DNA of 63,335 bases, the filler included, from Collodictyon triciliatum (Eukaryota): assembly GCA_043381765.1 (NCBI GenBank). It is 5 parts of 5 records of this genome, joined end to end, with 100 filler letters (N's around TTAATTAATTAA, not from the genome) between each part and the next. Parts side by side here need not be neighbours in the genome. Positions count along the whole stretch, not along the records: positions 56,470 to 63,335 come from JBHJMP010001693.1; 4 more parts are not named here. One strand, given 5' to 3'. The notes under the pieces are model-generated. The model saw only the letters and a program-made list of their open reading frames with translations, was not told the origin of the DNA and searched no databases. The translations under genes were made by a program, and so were the position numbers. Positions 58,357-63,335 of the stretch are shown in pieces (within the stretch, counting starts at the first letter, position 1; the number at the start of each line of letters is the position of its first letter).

Positions 58357-58996
58357 ATGGCCGAGACGCAAAGCCCCAGCACAAAGCAGACTAGCAAAGA
58401 AGCAGAAGCTGCTCCGCTCCAGGAGGATACTGGCGAAAAGGCAATAGCGGCGGGACTGGCCAGCCTCTTCCTTCCCGTGGTCAAGGAGCTGGACGTCAAG
58501 ATCCAAAGCGTCTTGCAAAGCCAGTGCGATCTGTCAGATCAGATCGAGGCCTTGTCCCAAGGTTTGCCCCTTCCACCACCCGACCCACTCAAACAAAGTA
58601 AAAACAAAAACAAAAGCAAAAACAAAGAAGTAAGAAGATTAACCCATCGGCCTTCTCTTCACTCCCGCCCACCCCCGAAAAGAACTTGGCCGCTTCTCAA
58701 ACATCTCCCAGACGCCGTCTCTCGCGCCATACGTCAACAAGCTTCTCTCGGCGCGCCGCAGACTCTACAATCTCAACACCGTCCTGCGCGCAATCAAAGA
58801 CCGGCTCGACCGACTCAACATCCTGGCTGCCGACCAGCGCTCTCGCAGACAGCGACTGAGTCACACGCCACTCCAGCATCCGAGTTCATCGCCGCCACCG
58901 TCCCGGTATGCCGCAAACATCGACCCTGCACCTGCACCTGCGCCTGCTCCGCAAAGCATCGCGGCTGACGAGTCACAGGCAGAGGTGGCTGAGTAG
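58357..58996 (+). CDS. SNAPIN: SNAPIN / BLOC-1 subunit 7
   Basis: AIAAGLASLFLPVVKELDVKIQSVLQSQCDLSDQIEALSQ|ELGRF...LAPYVNKLLSARRRLYNLNTVLRAIKDRLDRLN matches the Snapin consensus (PYVKKLLNARRRV). Intron 58562-58682; TAG 58994-58996. Confidence 0.9.
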
Positions 58997-59575
58997 GAGA
59001 AACCGCCCGTCAATCATGGCGGATTAGAGCGTGCCTTTAGATTGGCCCGGTCGGCAGGGGCGATGTTTTGCGATGGGGACTCTATAAAGATGCACGGTTT
59101 CATGGTTGTGAATAGAGTTGCTACTCGTTTTCTTTTTCTTTTTTGTCTCCTTGCGTGTTTTCTTTCTTTTCATTTCTTTTTCTTTGGGTTGATGTGAGAG
59201 GGAGAGAAGTGACATTCGGGTTATGCGAGTAGAGCGATGCGTCCTTAGATTTAATGGTTGGGTGATATGGCAGAGAAGGGTAGTGTATGTGATTTAGACA
59301 TGTAGAAGATGAGGACGAAGGAAAGAAGGAAGGAAAGGTGTGTGCTTGCGTCAAACACCAGCTGTGATATTGTAGAATGAATGATGAAAGAGCGGGTCGG
59401 GGGAAAGTCGGTGTATAAGAGAGAATGGACTTACTGGTGGGACATAAGCACCGCATGTTGATGCTTGAGACAACAATAATAACGATTACTTTGGATTGCC
59501 GTATAATAAACTGGAAGCGAGGAAAGGAGAGGCGAAGCGAGGTGAAGTGAGGTGAGGTGAGGCGAGTGCGTGCGC

Positions 59576-62500
59576 TCATGTTTCTGCGGGTGGCTGCTGC
59601 GGTGCAGAGTCGAATATTTCTCGATGATTTTCAATGATGTATTGCAGCACGGCGTTTGCGTGGGGAATCTTTGTTGCTGACACCAGAGTTTCCACTTGGG
59701 AGCGGATTATGTTGGGTCCGAAAATAGTGCTCTGAGTGTTTTGAACACAAACATTCGTTATGGTATTATTTAGAGGGAAAATATATTAATCGTGCACAGA
59801 AAAGTAGTGACATATTGAAATTTCTATAATGTGAATATATAAGTGCGTATAAAAGCTTAAGATGGTTGATTACCAAGGCTTGTGTGGTCATTTTGTTTCT
59901 TGGACAGTGTGAAGCGACCCTGTGTATGTGAAAAATGTTAAATGGGCACGAACGCATTATATTTCGTTCCACGTGCGACTGAGGAAACATATGTTATAAT
60001 GAAAGATAAATATAGAGGCGAAGTGATTGAAATAATAAAACAGATGTATTTTAAAAAATCGGATGGCATTCTAACAGAATGAAGTGGAATACGGATGAGA
60101 GGGCATCATGTCTTGCAGCTGTTTGAAATGGGTCTTACTCGTGTAAGAACGAAGAGAAGTAGCAGAGAACTGCTCGGTTCATGGGAGGAATTTTTAACAA
60201 GAGCGTCTTTGTCTCTTGCAGCTTCTGATTTTGTTCTTTGATACCTGTTGGTGCGAAAGCTAAACTCAGATTCTCGGAACTCTATTTATACCATGCAGAT
60301 ATAGGTATTTTCTGTCTCGAAAAAATGACAAAAAAAAAAAGAAGAAAAGAAGGCTAAATAAAAGTAATGAAAAATTAGAAATGACAACAGAAGTACCATA
60401 AAGATCCAAAACTTGGTCGTATAGTGCGTAGGGAACTAATGGTTCAGGCAGGTCACGAAGCCACATCTTCAAAATGGATGCTATTGTATTGTAATCATGT
60501 GTACGGTAGTCATATCCTCTCCCTAAAGAGGGGGGAAAGTGGCGATTAAATATTGTTGCGAAGCATATTTCGAGTGGTTTTTTTTTTTGAAATAAGTAGC
60601 ATATTATGTAGCATTCTTACCATCCATATTAAGTGTAATTAATAGGTATATTTCAACCGAGGACAAGACAAAAGAAGAAAGGGTAAAATCGAAGTTTCAC
60701 CAGACAAATGAATATTATTACCAGAGTCGAGTTGTTCCCTCAACAATTCTACAGAAGCCGCATCGCCGGGGACACGAAATATGCCCTCATTTCCCATGGC
60801 TGGAACACAGAAAAGGAAGGAAGCCAAACAAATTATATCGACGCCAAAGAAATGGAATTGAAACGAAATGTTAAAAAGACTGGAATATAGAAATAGAAAC
60901 CAAATAACCAAGAAACCAAGAAATAAAACATAAAATAGCAGTATTCTAAGTAACGAAACAGATTGGTACGCACCGCTGAGCTTGATTACATCCACAGCAT
61001 CACGTATAAAAGCTGGGATAACTCGTTCGTTCGGGTCTCTGTGAGATAGATTCTCCAGAGGGACACCGAACACTGGGTATGATATAGGATACATAAAAGT
61101 CTTATCAACAAGTGTCATTGCACCTCTGCTTCTAATTTATTCGTCGAATACTTGAGACTGTTTGTAAATTTTAAATAAGCAATACCAGCGCTGGATACTC
61201 GTTCGCTAAGAATATTCGTTATACAGGATATCCATCGACTTTTGTCCTCAGCACTTGTGGCAGATAGCAAGACAGCACCATCCTCCAAAATCAATTCGAA
61301 CAGGAATTTTGCATCTGCAATTACAATTCAAGAGGTTCGAAAATAGTTCATTTTCAGGGGAAAAAAATATGATGGATTGATTCCAACTTGGTGGCGTAAT
61401 TTTTCATATTATTTTAACCCCGGAATATACTTTAAATGTTTACTATTGGTATTTTTGTAAAGGCATACTTGTAGTGTCTGGGAGGTTACGAAGACGAACT
61501 CGGGACATTAAATGCATCTCCCTAAACCTGAGTAAATTGGTGCTGTTATGAATTCACATGGAGACAAGAGAAAACATATCCAGTAAAGACTTTCAAGGTG
61601 TGCGTAAAATTAAAAAACTTCAAGGAAAGGGGAATACTTGTAGAGCGGCCCCATTTCTAGTTTTGCAAAGACAATCCTGTCGTCGAATAAAAATGCATGT
61701 CTGTAGTGTACCCTCTGCTCAATCAAGATATTCAAATCACCTTCTCTGATGAAGCGTGAGTCAATGTTGATTTTTTCCTATATTATATGGAATAAGTTTA
61801 CAGTACAACTTTAAAATGACATTTAATGATAAACCATATATTCAAGAAGATATCGTCATTTATTGATCAACCTGTCCATCTTTTAGGCGGCGCATCACAT
61901 CTAAAACTTCAGCCCGGTCTACAGACCTCTCTAATCTGATTGAATAAGCGCGATGTTTAAATGTAATATCTTTTATATTATTTTTTTTTGAGGAACAGAC
62001 CGTGATTGCAAACATATAGCACGCCATATAGGAAAGGTAAATGTGAGATGATTAAAAAGGAAACCCTTAAAGAAGCATAATATGGATGGGTTTACTTGGA
62101 CTGGACATGGTTATCAACAAGCTTCATTTCAGCACAAACATCTCGCAAATCCGAATAATCTGAATGTGACTGAGGTGTTTTTTCCAGAATTTGCTTTTCC
62201 GGGATAAAATTGCAAACGTAAATACTATTGATTATAATTATACCAATATACAGAAAGTAAAATAAATAAAAGTTCAGTGAGATGAACTGTAAAAGATAAA
62301 AGATAGTAGATAAAAGATAGTAGATAAAAGATAGTAAGTAAAAGATAGTAAGTAAAAGGTAGAGATAAAAGTTAAATATACTTCGAGCATGCTTCTGTAA
62401 TGTCCAACTCGCTGGAGTGGGATACTCAGACAGGCAGTTAAAGGCAAAAGGCCAGCATTTTGCTCAGCGATATTCTATGACATAAAATAGACATGCTATT

Positions 62501-63170
62501 AGCTTTAGAATATCAGTTAGACTAAGATTAATTGATAGAGAAAATGTAAGCCATTAACACGTATTTATCATTTGACCGACCACAGTTTTACTCATATATT
62601 TCAAATTCAACGGACACCACAAACTTGCAGGTATGAATGAAAGAGTGCATTTTCTTCGTATCTGGCTAGAGTGTCTTTTGAATGACGGAAGTTGTTTGCG
62701 TACTCCTCATATATTTTAAATGAGTTTATCTGTTTCAAATTTAATCGATGAGAAAAATGAAGCAAAAATTGGTGATTGGTTTTAAAATAATTTAAAAACA
62801 CTTCTCTTTGGTTTTTATTTTATTTTAAAAAAGAAACGTATCAACAAACCATCTTCTTAAAGATACCACCAACACACCCGCTGGTGTAAGGCCATGACGT
62901 AATCATATTGTTGAATTGAAGAATGAAGTCACAATGGAAGTAGTACAAACTGTCAAATTTTCCGAATATCGACTTTGATTTATTTCCAGCAGAAATGAGA
63001 ATAGTTGTGTTAGTAAAAGATATCATCCTTGTCTATGAAGCGGAACAGTGAAATGATTAGCATGTTATTGGTATATGTTACAATACTTTCATTCCTGCAG
63101 CATCAGGGAAATAATTTGCCCGAACAAGGATTGTTTGATTCATGTTTTGAACGAATGGAGTGTAATAATG
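59576..63170 (-). CDS. RhoGEF (DH)-PH-RhoGAP protein, 5'-partial
   Basis: DH: SIFGKFDSLYYFH..F, FKIYEEYANNF, LPLTACLSIPLQRVGHY, LEKTPQSHSDY. PH: RFIREGDL...RHAFLFDDRIV...EDKSRWISCI. GAP: VFGVPLE, EGIFRVPG, IASILKMWLRDLPEPL, NKMTTQAL|STIFGPNII. TGA at 59576. Confidence 0.9.
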
Positions 63171-63241
63171 CTTGATTATAGAAATATATTAAAAGATTTT
63201 GCATTTTAACATATTGATTTCAATAACATATATACTCTTTA

Positions 63242-63242
<1 letters not shown>

Positions 63243-63335
<93 letters not shown>
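63243..63335. repeat. (CA)n microsatellite at window end, intronic
   Basis: Read directly. Confidence 0.97.

Overview
Gene-dense, intron-rich, AT-rich nuclear DNA from a eukaryote, probably a protist (standard genetic code, short spliceosomal introns, many microsatellites); I cannot name the organism. The window is five contigs joined by artificial 100-bp spacers (44 N + TTAATTAATTAA + 44 N), plus one 576-N gap, so adjacency across spacers is unproven. Genes spliced by eye: an RCC1-repeat protein; a 6-TM GYGD channel with a cyclic-nucleotide-binding domain and a KHA-like tail; a triple-GAF class I phosphodiesterase; an LRR protein; BRAP2/ETP1; the 5' end of VPS18; a transmembrane metallophosphoesterase; a 1207-aa uninterrupted Rad5/16-like SNF2 ATPase; an unknown multi-exon gene; a hormone-sensitive-lipase-like gene; a multi-TM class I phosphodiesterase; a long coiled-coil protein; an NHL propeller protein; SNAPIN; and a DH-PH-RhoGAP gene. 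The best leads are (i) local clustering of cyclic-nucleotide signalling genes (channel beside GAF-PDE; HSL-like lipase beside TM-PDE), (ii) the unusual channel architecture, and (iii) an intron-free SNF2 gene with an unrecognised N-terminus, head-to-head with a possible decayed piggyBac-like transposase. All exon boundaries and family calls are manual and were not checked against any database.
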